A stretch of 64,000 nt of DNA. Source: the human T2T-CHM13v2.0 reference genome, Homo sapiens. The stretch is taken from NCBI RefSeq assembly GCF_009914755.1, contig NC_060927.1; one strand, given 5' to 3'. The translations under genes were made by a program, and so were the position numbers. Under the pieces are notes generated by a model. It searched no databases and was not told the DNA's origin. It was given only the letters and a program-made list of their open reading frames with translations. Positions 1 through 14,957 of this stretch are shown in pieces; position 1 is the first letter of the stretch, and every line of letters starts with the position of its first letter.

Positions 1-96
1 TCTTAAGCTTTTAAATAGGACTCCCAGGAGAGTGCTGATAAATATCTTTGATCATTGATTTCATCCTAACTAGATTTTTTTTTTTTCATTCCATAG

Positions 97-165
97 GTTT
101 ATATTTTCAGAGCTGACCGAAGATCAGGCACCTTAATTAAGATCTTTCAAGCATCAGGTAAAAAG
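97..165 (+). CDS. ITGA9: Integrin alpha-9 internal coding exon (probably exon 8), 69 nt, phase 0-0, VYIFRADRRSGTLIKIFQASGKK
   Basis: Poly-T tract and ccatag acceptor before 97; AAG/gtgagg donor after 165. The translation matches integrin alpha-9 as I recall it and joins in frame to the next exon (MGSYFG). Confidence 0.93.
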
Positions 166-1562
166 GTGAGGTTCTTGGTATAAGTGACTATTTTTTATTT
201 GAGAGATGTGATCATGTGGGAGTCAGTACTTTTTAGAAAATTGGTTTGAAGGCCCTACCTGTGCCCTGTGTTTATATGGCAGTGCTGTCTGCTTGTTGGT
301 GTCTTTACCTTCTCAGCGGTATGTGTAATCTGTACATTCATGGGATTCATACTCGCTTTAGGAGACATTCTGTAGCAAGATGAGTTATATGGGGCCAAGT
401 TACAGCACAGAGTTTTAAGAGATTGTCCGTAGTTCAGACTGTCATCAAAGTGACTGCATGCCCTGTCTCTCTGCCTCCATCCTTTCTCAACGAATCTCCA
501 CCTCCAGAGAGAGCAGATCTTTCTGAGTACAGGTAGCAATAAATGCTTCTCACTGAGCCTGTTTCACCAGCCCAACATTACCCCCTTCCCTAATCCTCAG
601 CCCTCAACTGTCATTGCCAAGGTGACTGTTGCCACACAAAGAAAATCCAAACACAGGTTGCCTGATTCCTCTTAGAACCTTGAAGCAGAAATAGCTCAGG
701 GTGCTGCCCTAAAGTTAGCCTGGGTGAGATTACTCTGCCTGGGTCCTCCCCACCCTGTCCCTAATCCTCTCTCTGCTTTCTGAAAGTTTCCATTATACTG
801 CCCTGTTGTCTAAAATTAAGCCAATTAGAGAGTCCTGCTATTAATAAGCAACAGTTTTCATGAGCTTATCAGTCATGCACTTCTTGTGTGGCTTAGATCA
901 GCAGGACTGTTTGGCTGAGCTTGGCTACTCTAAGGGACACAAGTTTAGGCTGGGAGCTGTGGGGGTAATTTGGAGGTCTTGGTGGAGGCCTTAGTGGGAT
1001 CTGGGAAGAAGCATAGGATGTCTGGGACATGGGAGGAGGCCATGTGCCTCCTCAATTCTGTTCCTGCCGAGTTAGAACTGCTGTACGCCAGCCTAGGATC
1101 CTTCCATGTTGTTCTCCCATTCAAGTAGACCTTTTTGCAATTTTAACAATCCGAATAGGTACACTTAGTGTATAATTGTCATTATCTTTTGAATAAAAAA
1201 TGCATCACCAAACTTGGTTTTGCATTTTTCCTCAGAATGGCTCTGCCTTCCCGAGAACTCTGCTGGCTTGTGTTATTTTAACATTTCCAAAACCCCAAAG
1301 CAACAGCACTGGAAAATGACTGTGAGCCATTCTGCAAAAGGGTTTTCCAAGCACCCTTAAAGTTAGAAAAGAAATAACTCTGTGCTACTTGTGATTTACA
1401 AAAGAGAGTTTCAAAGAGCAAGTAGGGTATGAGTGGAATTAAGGCTAACATTTTAGATCTTCTGCAGAAGATAACAAATGGGTGAATGTATCTAGCATGG
1501 AAACAATCTCCCTCTTCCCTTCAAATGTACCTGGGTTTGAAAGCCTAAAGGTAAAGGATTCC

Positions 1563-1842
1563 TTTTTTTTTTTTTTTTTTGAGACAGAGTCTCACTATGG
1601 CATGATCTTGGTTCACTGTAACATCTGCCTCCTGGACTCAAGCCATCCTCCTACCTCAGCCTCCCAAGTAGCTCGGACCACAGACATGTGCCACCATGCC
1701 CAGCAAATTTTTGTATTTTTTTTTGTAGAGATGGGGTTTCACCATGTTGCCCAGGCTGGTCTCAGACTCCTGGGCTCAAGGGATCCACCCACCTTGGCCT
1801 CCCAGAGTGCGGGATGATAGGCATGAGCCACCGCACCTGGCC
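1563..1842 (-). mobile_element. Alu (AluJ-like), antisense, with a small deletion in the right arm
   Basis: T18 tail, then Alu reverse complement ending ...cacctggcc; aaggatt on both flanks (partial TSD). Confidence 0.92.
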
Positions 1843-3484
1843 AAGGATTATTTAAAATGAATTGTGGAGTTTCTGAGTATCTTTATGTTCAGTTGTAGCT
1901 GTGCCCCCCCAAACTGCTTTTCCTTCCCTGCCCTACTCCTTACTGTCTGTGCCCTGGGGAGGTCCGGTTAATTCCTATTGCCTTCGAGTAATTAACAATC
2001 TGTAATTGTGCCCTCTCTCCTCCTTGAAAACCTCTTGGTTTGGATGAGAACCTATGCTCAAGTTGATCAGGTTTTTGGGGGTAGATCTGAGAGTGGGTGG
2101 TGCAAGGAGGATGAGATTAACCTTTGAGAACCCACTTGTCTAAACTTCCTGAAGACTTCTGCCATTGAGTTCCAGGACAGGTTCAGGCCTGAATGTCTGC
2201 TTGGATGTCCTTATCATACCAAGATACATCAGGTTCCCTGAGAAGGGACAGAAAGGCCCAGGTATTCAACTTCTTGGCTTCGTAGCCATTTGACTTTTTC
2301 TTTTCTTTAGGGCTCTTCTGGCCCTAACCTTTGCACCATTCCATAGGCACCCCTTCTTTCTGCCACTCACTCACAGTCCTCTTGCCTTCACTTCCTTCTA
2401 CTAGTGTCTCCAACTAGATTTACCCTGTCATCATCGTTCTGCTTTTGAAATAGGCCATGACCTTTCTTTATACAACTTATTCTACTTCTTGCCAGAAGAA
2501 ATGAGACATTCATGTCTTTCTGACTTCTCCATTACCTCCTACAAAAGGACATGACCCCAGGCTTTCAAAGGATGCCTTTAGATTTATCCCTATGTCCAGA
2601 GTCACATAGACAGGAGGGTTCTAACTCAGCAAACCACCGGTTCACTTCTGCTTCCGTTTGGCTAGAATTTGGTCAGATAGTTCTGTATCCTGGCTTCCTA
2701 TAAGAAGAAACAAAGCAAAAAGATTAAAAAAACAAAACCAAACAAAAAAAACCTGGTTCTTGTCTTTATTGGTTGACTTTCTCCAAATAGTACACTTAAG
2801 AAATCACCAACATGTGTGCAGTTCAGATGTTAATACAGACACACATCTCCACATTTCCAGGCTGATGGGGAGCTCTGATCATCGGACACACACCCCAAAG
2901 CATGTCATTGCCATATTGAAGTTTTATTGAATTAACGGAGTATGTGAAGCATTTGTATTTCAAAACTGAGATAGGAAACTTCACATATAGAGATTTCTAA
3001 TTTAACATTGATGAAGATGCCAAGTTAAATAGTCCTTTGGAATGAAACAAATAGTTCCCCTGGGGCTCAGCCAGTGAGCGCAGCCAGCAGCTTGGCTCTT
3101 TGGGTCTTTGCCTGTGTCTTACTGATTTCTTTTACCAAAGCTCAGATGGGGAGATTGGCAAGGCCACTGAAATAGTGACTGGCAACTCGGTTTCTTTCCT
3201 CCTCACCCTTTGTGATTTCAACCCTTTCCTGCTCCGTTCTCCTTTGAGAATGGGTAATCAGAGGGGAGGAAGATGGCCTTGGCATATCACTGGGGAAGGA
3301 TTTCTGAGCGGCCACTACAAAGCCCTCCTGTGACCCTGTTAGCTGCAGGAAATAGATTGGAGTGTCCTCTACCTCTCTCCCTCAAACTCCCTGGGTCAGC
3401 TGCCAACAAACTCCAACAGTAAAAGAAAAGGCTTGTTCATGTCCATCAACCCAGGGGCCTTTTATTAGAAAACATTTATTTTAA

Positions 3485-3935
<451 letters not shown>

Positions 3936-3959
3936 TTCTTCTTTTATTTTTTTTTAAAG

Positions 3960-4354
3960 TAGAGGTTGCAAACTGACAGCCTTTGGAAAGAATACAGCCT
4001 ACAAATACTTTTGTTTGGCTTGCACAGTATTTGTTTATTGTTTTTACACACGAAGAAGTTGCGAGCATTTAAAACACTGGCACTTTAAATAAAGTTTTAA
4101 ATTTTTGGCTTCTTTTGGAAAATGGAAAGGTTGCTCCTCTCTGGGTCAGCATTCCTCTTGGTGGCAGTTAGCTGCAGCTGGGTTGAAGCTGCTCCTTTAG
4201 CCAGGCTTGTGGGCTCCAGTTTGCCACAGTCTCCACCACTCCCTATTGTTATGTAGACAAGGAAGACAAGTGTCACTTGCCACATTAATTTTTTTTCTTA
4301 TGCCTGTTATATCACCTGCCTGGATCCTGTTGGTATTTGGGTTTGAGACCCCTA
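3960..4354 (+). mobile_element. MER102-like hAT-Charlie DNA transposon
   Basis: Termini tagaggttgcaaact... and ...gtttgagacccct plus internal ctccagtttgccacagtctccaccactccctattgt resemble the MER102 consensus as I recall it. Confidence 0.7.
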
Positions 4355-4849
4355 ATTAAGCTATAATTAAAAGTCAATATTATCTTGCTCTGTTCCCTCA
4401 TCAGTTAAACAGTCTTAAAAGTTGTACCTTTTTCTGTCACTTCAGCTCATGCCTTCCTAACCAATCTTTCACCTGTGCATAGGACCAGGAGAGAATAACC
4501 TATTTCCCCATGTAACATTTATTTTCATGCCTTTCTTGTGTTGTGAGATTTCATATTCCTACTTGCTTGGCCTTGTCAAATGTCTGATATAAGGAGCATT
4601 TTTATTATGGTTGTAACATAACTTTGTGTCCTCAGCTTGCATTTTTAAAAACAGCACCTCATTCTGTGGGCATCAATCTATTTATCTTCCCCTTGATAGG
4701 ACTCCAGGAATGGGGGACTTTGGGCCAGTTAGCTTTGTCTCACATTGACTGGGGCCCTGCCTTGCTGCTGGAAGTTGGGTATTTCACTCTTTGCTAGGCA
4801 TTCTGGTTTAGGGGGCAGCATAGCCATCCAGCCTCTGAGGGATGTTTCT

Positions 4850-5083
4850 TTTTTTTTATGTTTTTATTTTTTAGTATACATTAAGTTTTAGGGTACATGT
4901 GCACAACGTGCAGGTTTGTTACATATGTATACATGTGCCATATTGATGTGCTGTACCCATTAACTCGTCATTTAACATTAGGTATATCTCCTAATGTTAT
5001 CCCTCCCCCCTCCCCCAACCCCACAGCAGGCCCTGGTGTGTGATGTTCCCCTTCCTGTGTCCATGTGTTCTCATTGTTCAATT
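4850..5083 (-). mobile_element. 5'-truncated young primate L1 (L1PA-type) 3' UTR, about 235 bp, with perfect TSD
   Basis: T-rich tail, then L1 3' end reverse complement (gggtacatgtgcacaacgtgcaggtttgttacat...). cctctgagggatgtttct is duplicated at 4832-4849 and 5084-5101. Confidence 0.95.
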
Positions 5084-5186
5084 CCTCTGAGGGATGTTTC
5101 TAAAGCCAATGGGGTGGAGGAAAGCGAGGGCATCCTTGTGTGAGAGCAGACACTGAATGCTTTGTTGCAACTCAACTTGGTTGCAG

Positions 5187-5324
5187 ATGGGCTCTTACTT
5201 CGGCTCCTCCTTGTGCGCAGTTGACCTGAATGGGGACGGCCTCTCTGACCTGCTGGTGGGGGCCCCCATGTTTTCTGAGATCAGGGATGAGGGACAGGTC
5301 ACTGTCTACATCAACAGAGGAAAT
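5187..5324 (+). CDS. ITGA9: ITGA9 coding exon (probably exon 9), 138 nt, phase 0-0, FG-GAP repeat with Ca2+ loop DLNGDGLSD
   Basis: ttgcag/ATG acceptor and AAT/gtgagt donor. Encodes [46 protein letters not shown], a canonical FG-GAP repeat. Confidence 0.97.
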
Positions 5325-5554
5325 GTGAGTACAATACTGGGCAATGTGCGGATGGGTGTGGGGGAGGGACATTTGTCCAGCCAGCAGTGGCCGAGCACCC
5401 CTCTGGGCCGGCACTGGGGGCAATGTTACCCAGAGGAGATGAAAATATGTGATATCTGTCTTGAATAAGCTCAATGGCCCATTAATGGAAAGTTATATAC
5501 AATGTTACAACTGCAGACACCCAGGGGCCAAGGAAGAATCTTAATAATTGTCTT

Positions 5555-6289
<735 letters not shown>

Positions 6290-6916
6290 AATAATCTTGG
6301 TGTCCCCTATTCTGCAGAACCATGAAAGGGACGTGACATGGACAGAAAGATGCCTCTGGCCCTCTGTAGCTAATGGAGGGTGGGTGAGTGGGGGCTGGGT
6401 TGGGGGACAGCAGTGCATCGTGGAAGCAGGAGACCAGTGAGAAAGCAGTCTTTTCAGGATCTGGAAGTACAAGTGTTCAAGTACAAGTATTCAGCAAGAA
6501 CAACATGGTTCAATGAAAACATTCTGGTGCCGCCTACCTTTTCTCTAACATGAGAAAACGCTTATGGAGATAATCAGTGGAAAAATGGGATGAAAACTGC
6601 ATGTACAACCAGTCCTCAGAAATATGCCAAATACATAGAAAATGTGAATAACAGCTCTCTGGATAGATGTTTAGTTTTATCTTTATCCAAATAGTGAGAA
6701 TATAATTTCATATTTTAAAAAATCGAAGTGTACTGTTAAGCAGTGGCTGAGATGCTAGGTATCCCAGTTGGGAGAGGGCAGAGGTTTAGCTATAACTAAG
6801 TGGGCAGATGCCAGAAAGGAAGGAAGCAGTGAAAGGAGAGCCAGGGATTGTTAGAGCCTTATGTTGCGTCTGAGGTTTTCAGGCTCTTCAGGAAGTCAGA
6901 TCTAAAACCAGGGAGG

Positions 6917-7328
<412 letters not shown>

Positions 7329-7713
7329 TCTGGGAGGGAAGGTGCTTATTGGTACCTGTTGCAGGAACTCTTGGCACCTGCATACCCACTGACATTCCAG
7401 GAAGTCAGGGCAGGGTGCAGGGAGAAATGAAGGGGACATTAAATAAATGAGTGCTGTGGGCATTCAGTGGTGCCTGCCATTGTATTTGCAGGAGACTGAG
7501 ACATTTGTGTAGGAGTCAGGTCCAACAGCCAGACTGTGTGTCTAAATCAGAAGGTGGACTCTTGAAGCACAAGAACTCCCCCAGGCCTCCACTGGGCATG
7601 ATGCACCCACACCCTCCCCTGCCAACCAGTGTTTCTTGATGTTGTATGGTTATTCTAAGTACCAGAGTATTCTCATTTCTGTTGAACATCAGCCATTTGA
7701 ATAAAGATCGGAA

Positions 7714-7950
7714 GGCAGTGTGGAGTAGTGGAAAAAATTCTGACTTTGGAGCAAGGTGGACCTGAGTTTGAATCTTGGTTTTGCCATGTCCTAGCCTGTG
7801 TGATGTGGACAAATGGCTTGAAATTGGTGGCCCAATTTCCTCATCTGTAAAGTGAGAGGCATCATAAGATCTTCCTTATGGAGTCATTGTGTGATTTGAA
7901 TGAGGAGCTGGCTGTACAGTACCTGGTACATAGGAGCAATCAGTTGCTGG
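7714..7950 (+). mobile_element. MIR SINE
   Basis: gtggagtagtggaaa...gagtttgaatcttgg...tttcctcatctgtaaa core. Confidence 0.75.
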
Positions 7951-8927
7951 TGTTCCTCTCCTCTTCCCCACTACACTGAAAGAAAGAAATTAATGCATAT
8001 TTGTGTTTTGGGGTGGAGGTTTCATTCACCCAAGAAATCATCTCACCTTGACTGTTTTCAAGGTGTAAATTGTGTTTATAGTGAAAAAGAAGACTTGGTC
8101 ATGATAAAAGCCAGACACTCGTGGGATGGCCTGTAGGATATAGTGGGCCCAGACTGCCTCTGCACTGGGGAATGCATACATCTTCTCATGTCTCAGGACA
8201 TCAGATTGCATTGTATCACTCTGGTCTTCATGTGTCAGTGATTTGGGGTGAGAGTAGGTATGACTTTTTCCCCCAAGTTAGATGACTTTTCCTGCCTTTG
8301 TACACCATTAACCCCCTCCCTCTGTTGGTTAGTATTTTCTCAGGAAATTCATACCTGAGCCATGCATGAATAATAGGCACAGTGACGTCTGCCATCACAG
8401 CCACCCTCTGGCCAAGAACGACTGGGTGCTTGGATTTTCTGAACCATGACTCCCTCTATCAAGATAACTCATATATGCACTTTGCAAAACAGTTTTATAA
8501 ACTTGTACCAAAAGGCACAGGAAAGAAAAAATAGAAAAATGTATACCCTTTTAAAACAACATTGGGGAAAAAGTGCTATGCCTTAAGGACGTGGAGAGCA
8601 CATGGGGGAAAGGTGGGTAGGGAGGTTTGCTTGTGTGTAGTGTATTAGGACAAGGCAGAGAGTGTAGTCATTGGCTACCATGACATTCTCCTTCCCTCAA
8701 AAATGCATCTCAGGCTATGGGAGACCATCCTGCTAAGCAGGTAAAAGGGACTCATTTTGCCAGCAGGAGAGAGAAGTTTGGGTTCCTGTAATTCTGCCCA
8801 GGTGTTTCCTGTCAATGAGTGTGCTCTAGCAGGGCAGCATTCAAACTCTGGTTTTTTATTGATTTTTATTGTTTGTTCTGTTTGTTTTTGTTTTGTTTTC
8901 CATTTTCTCCTCCATCCTGTTTCCCAG

Positions 8928-9033
8928 GGAGCCCTCGAGGAGCAGCTGGCTCTGACTGGGGATGGTGCCTACAATGCGCACTTTGGAGAGAGCATTGCCA
9001 GCCTGGACGATCTGGACAATGATGGGTTCCCAG
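8928..9033 (+). CDS. ITGA9: ITGA9 coding exon (probably exon 10), 106 nt, phase 0-1
   Basis: Long pyrimidine tract and ttcccag acceptor; CAG/gtgagt donor. Encodes GALEEQLALTGDGAYNAHFGESIASLDDLDNDGFP. Confidence 0.97.
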
Positions 9034-9515
9034 GTGAGTGAGTGCTCCTGGTGCACGGAGCCCCTCCAGGTGCAGCACGCTGCTCTGTTTCAGAGGGGCA
9101 GCCTGCTCGCTGACTGTCCATCTCTAGTGGCATGCTCCTGGGTCTACTGATCCCCTTCGAAGGCCCATCAATGTGCTGTGGGGAGATAGGACACGTTTAG
9201 AGGTGCTCTCCCTGTAGACACGCAGGGCTGAGCTTCCAGCCCACTGGAGTTTTGCCTCTGCATAATCCCTTCTCACCAGCTCAGTGTTCTTTGTTGTTTG
9301 CAGTGGAAGCAAACCTTGGGGCTGGTCCATTTGGGACTTCTTATGGCAAGAAGTTTGAATAGCTTCATCCTGCCATCAACTCTCCTTGTTTCTGAGCCTT
9401 TGATGCTCCATCATGCTCTACCATGTTGATGGGGAAATGAGTGAGGAGAAAATTAGAAACCCAGACATCTTCTGCCTGATTATAGCAGCAGCTAGATTGA
9501 CTTTTGAGAGTGTAC

Positions 9516-9518
<3 letters not shown>

Positions 9519-9562
<44 letters not shown>
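9519..9562. repeat. (TG)22 microsatellite
   Basis: Perfect dinucleotide run, preceded by gtgtacgcg (continuous purine/pyrimidine alternation from 9510). Confidence 0.98.
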
Positions 9563-9564
<2 letters not shown>

Positions 9565-10201
9565 TTGGGAGGCATGGAGGCATATGTACCTAATGTCTAG
9601 GTCTGTTTGGACAGCAGTGTTCCTCACAGCCTCTTGGCCTCTCTCTCTGGCTTGTTTGAGCCTCTTCACCTCGCTGCATACACAGCATACAGACGTCGGG
9701 AGGCAGAGCAACCATGTCACCAGGGCATGTGGTGGTGGAGGTGGGGCAACCCTTGCCCAGGCCAGCCATCCAGACGTCTTTGATACCTCCTACCACTGGC
9801 TACAGTGGGCTTCATTTTCCTCCCCCTTGGCCTCACTTCTGCAGACACATGACTTTGTTAGAAGCAAGGGAAAAAAGTTAGGAAGATCTAGGTTTTGTTC
9901 TAGGAGTTGCCAGTTTGTGAGAGTAATGTTATTTCTTGTGTGTGAAGTGAATGCCCTTCTGTATATTTCCTTTATCCAGGAATGGATTTATTATCAAATA
10001 ATAATAAGGAATGGTCCTTTATCCAGGACCTCAGACTTTCTCAGTTACACAATAGCCATTGTCTATGGAATTCTCCCTGATGGAAATTATGGCACGTAGT
10101 TTATATTTGCATTTCTTTTATTGGATGGGTCAGTGGTTTTTCTTACGAGCATAAGGTAGAAACTTTTTTGGAACTAAATTCTTCTCAGTCAGCTTCTATA
10201 G

Positions 10202-10546
<345 letters not shown>

Positions 10547-10697
10547 TGAGGGATCTTGTCCCCAAATTAATGCTTGAACAATCAACAACCAATAATTTCT
10601 GGTATCCAGGGACTCAGACATGACAACCAGAATTAGGGAAGCTGCACTTGTATTATTAATGTGGCTTTTTAACCCATAGCTGTTTTTTTACCCTCAG

Positions 10698-10792
10698 ATG
10701 TGGCCATTGGTGCACCCAAGGAGGATGACTTCGCAGGGGCGGTCTATATCTATCATGGTGATGCCGGTGGGATAGTCCCTCAGTACTCAATG
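10698..10792 (+). CDS. ITGA9: ITGA9 coding exon (probably exon 11), 95 nt, phase 1-0
   Basis: ccctcag acceptor and ATG/gtaatt donor. Encodes (D)VAIGAPKEDDFAGAVYIYHGDAGGIVPQYSM. Confidence 0.97.
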
Positions 10793-11789
10793 GTAATTAG
10801 TGTGAGAGTGATATGGCAACTGTTCATACATTCATTCAGCAAACATGTATGGAACCTTCATTATGCACCATGCCCTGGAGGTACAAAGAAAAACATTTTT
10901 CTTGCCTTGGCCTTCCTACCCTTTTGTGAAAGATACAATTAATATTGCTTATTAAATACTAAAAAAAGCATTCTTAGAATCCCAAGTTCGCTAACACTCA
11001 GGGATGCATTTTGCCTAAAGAAGATAATTTTCAACTCTTACTCAGAGTTGGAGCCATTTATTTAAGAAAGGAAAGGAAGCTTTCTCTTTTTGGTGACTAC
11101 TTTGTCAACCGTCTATGCTAAGGCAAAGGAATATGTTTTAATATATAATCTAGAAGAAAAATGGTCCATGGTGGAGGGGCCTGAAACTGATCACAGACTG
11201 TCGTCCCAGCTGGCCTCAAAACCAGGAGCCAGTTAGGACTCTGCGCTTGCGCCCTATACTTGGGAACATGGAAGTGGTGAGTTCTGTTTTTTGCCGTATC
11301 AGCTTGGTGTTCAATCTTGCTGATGGTGTCAAGCCCAGCCCATGGGAAAAAAGGAAGTCATGCTCTCAGCAGAAGCATTGTCAGGATATTTGTGGATGTC
11401 TGCCTGTGGAGTGGCACTGGCTCTGGTCTTTCTCCCAGTGGGTCAGAGACAGAAGGGGACACACATTGAGAAATTTCCAATCAACAAATATTTATTTATT
11501 GAACACTTACTACATGCTGACTACTTCCTACTCATATGTATTTGTATTTTAATTTTAAGAGGCAGCAGGTAAATGCAAGTACAACTTCTACATGAATAAT
11601 TGTCCTTGGCAGATAGAGATAAACTAGTTAAGGGTGGAGGGTTGGTTGGTTGTCATTCGTGCCTCAGATCCCCTCTCTACTGGCCTCCTGCTGAGCTCAG
11701 TGCCTCACCTGCAGGAGACAGGGCTTTGGGAGGCGCTGCGAAGAGGAGGGACTGTTTTTTGGGTGCCTACTCTGCCCTTTCTTTACCTT

Positions 11790-11945
11790 TAATCCTCGCA
11801 GCAGCCATGTAAGATGGGTCTGTTTATTATCCACCATTTATTTATCCACGAGGCCCAAGGAGGTTATTTAACTTGCCCAAGGTCATAAGTGGCAGTATGG
11901 CCACAGAATCTTTGCCAGTCTGCTGCCTGAAACTTGTTATCGTAA
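11790..11945 (-). mobile_element. MIR SINE fragment
   Basis: gaggcccaaggaggttatttaacttgcccaaggtcat core, reverse complement. Confidence 0.65.
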
Positions 11946-13835
11946 CCACCATCCTCAACTCCACATTGCAAAAAGGAACGCTCGGAAACTCAGTAGGAAA
12001 ACTTACGAATATGGAAACTATTTTGCCATGAGGCATACATAGTCTGAGGGGCATTTATCTATCCAGACCATCCTCTTTTCATTAGAAATACATAACAGGA
12101 GATTAATAAACTTCGGTGATTCAGCCCACAAGGCAGGAGGAAGAGAGCTTTGGGCACAGTTTGGGGGCCACATCTGAGTCACAAGAGCTGCCCTAGGCTG
12201 CGGCAGGGATGCTCTTCCCAGGGTGACAAGCTAAAAGTCACCCAAGGAGCCCCGTGCTCGGGCAGCGGTCAGGGTCATTCTCCACGCATCCTCCGGGAAG
12301 CTTGTTTTCCTGGACCTCGGAAGCTAATCACACAGTGAGGCAACCTGTGAGAGACCCCAGCTTCCCCTCCTCCGGGGCCCTCCCAGTGTTTTGTTTGGTT
12401 GCTGGGTGGAATCCCTGTAGAGAACCACAGTATAACTCTTGTGGTTAGCGTGGAGCGTCTTTAGTGGGAAGCAGGGATAGCATCTGGACCAGCCTGCCTT
12501 TGTCAGCACGCAGGCTGGCTCCTTTGCTTTGACAAAGAGAAGTGGTTTTGGGCTCTTAAGGAAAAAAAAAGAAAGAAGCAACTATGACTGTACGTTCCCA
12601 AGCTGCTAATATGCATATGATAAGGGCAGAGATTTAAAAGAAAAAAAATTCTTTAATGGCAGATTCTTGCAGGCCCAGGTCCTGGACAGAGCAGGCATTG
12701 TGTGGGTGAACTAGAGGAAGGAATCAGAAACAACTCTGGGCAATGGAATCACTTTGCTTTGGCCCAGATTTGTATTATTTCTGCTGGGTAAATTGTGAGA
12801 TCAGGGCCTACACTTCTTCCACATTGCTCTTTAACTCTCTCTCGAGTTTACCACGGAGAGTGTTTATTTTAAGATCCTTGTGTGCCTTTCCCAATGTGAG
12901 AGCCCTCTGGGCATATGGCGGCCCCTATGATCCTTCTCTTGCTGGAGGGGACACTGCATAGAAACCTGGTCAAGTGGAGGTTTCCAGGGCTCCTGGTTTT
13001 CATTTAGGGTTATTAGCACTGGGCAGACTTATCTTCTTGGCTTTTAGCATAATGGCCTGCAGATGTCTGTGGGATAACTTAAGCCTGCATCACCACCCCA
13101 GATGGACCACCCCTTCGCTCTGCCCCTCGTCCCAGCCACAGCATACCTTAGAAATGTAGATCCAGGGGCAGGCTGCTGCTAGAGTTCTTGGACTTCAGAG
13201 CCAAGAGGGTCTGCTTCAAAACGTGGCTTTTAAGAAATGTGCAGACACACGTACATGTTTGTTTAGACAGAGCCATGTGGGATGTAGGGCTTTGCCTGTT
13301 AGTGTGAAACATTTCTTCAGTGTTTCCTACAGTGTTCTGATTTGTACTTTGGTGCTTGGACATTTCCTGTTGGATGGCTTAACGGAGGATGGCAAGCAGC
13401 CTTCTCTGATCACTTCTAGGAGGGTTATTTGCAGTTATCAGCTGCTGGGGGTCAGGGGGCATCTCTCGTGCCTCCATCTGTAGATCCTGTGAAAACTCCC
13501 CCCTCCTTGCCTTCGTGACTTCTCTGCAGGATGACTCGGGAAAGAGAAGGATAAGGAAAGAAAGTCAAAGTGAGCCCCTAGATAGCTGTAAACCTGGTTC
13601 TATTGTACTTTGAAAACAAAGCATTTCTCTTGTCCTCCACAGTGAGGACATCAGGAAGTAAGCCTCCCCTGGGGGACCATGCAGATAAAGGCAGAAGGAG
13701 TAGGTCAGACCCCAGAAGATGGGACTTTTCTGATTCAAGAAGTTCAGTATCTTTGTGAGGAACTGCGCCACACGAATGTTGATGCGCAGCTTCAGTGTGA
13801 CAAAGGCTGTTTGTACAATAAATATTGTTGAATCA

Positions 13836-14175
<340 letters not shown>

Positions 14176-14957
14176 GAGAAAGTTTTTTGTTTTTAAAAAA
14201 CATATAAAGTAAGCATAGATGCTAGTGTGTCCCATGGTGAAGTTGTGAACTCTGGTTGGTTGAGGGGGCTGTTTTCTAGAGGGGAGGGCAGGGCATCTTC
14301 TTCAGCTGAGTGCTTTTGATTTCCTACAGTTTAAGAAGTGTTCAGGACCATGGAGTTCTAGATTTACTGGGTAAAACTGTTCACTCCTGTCTGTGAAGCT
14401 CCAGAATCTATAGATCATCTGGTTGGCTGGATGGAGAGGTAGTTTCCACATGGCCATCTTTTCCAGCTGGACATGTTAATTACCTGTCTGTCTAGGGAAA
14501 GACTCTGTAATGTGTGCCTCTTAGGAGCAGAGTGTTAAATATTTAGTACATATTTGGGAAGAAAGATACAAGCTAAATATGTTCTTAGAATTTCAGCCAG
14601 CTACACCTGTGTAAAAACAAACAGAACCTGCATTAGGAATGGAAGTTAAACTTTATCCATTTTGAATTTCAACATGTCAAAACATTATCATGGTAGTCTA
14701 GGTGGATTTTTTTCATTAACACAGAACTTAGAAAAAATTTTAAATGATGACGTTTGGCCAAGACAAGTAATAATAAAGGAGTGTGTGGCCTTCAACTGCC
14801 TGCTAAAGACTTGCTGATCACATTAGGATTACTTTTTTTTTTTCTTTCAACAACTTTAAGACCAAGTGTCCTAGGGAAGCTGGAATAAAGCAGTCACAGT
14901 TCTTATTTGTGACTGTGGTCTTTTCCTGTGACTCCATTTCCCTATTATCTGTTTCAG

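Noticed and set aside
9413-10099. 228-aa ORF, the longest in the track
   Set aside because: It runs through the (TG)22 repeat (poly-VC), has no recognisable domain and lies in an intron, so it is most likely a chance ORF.
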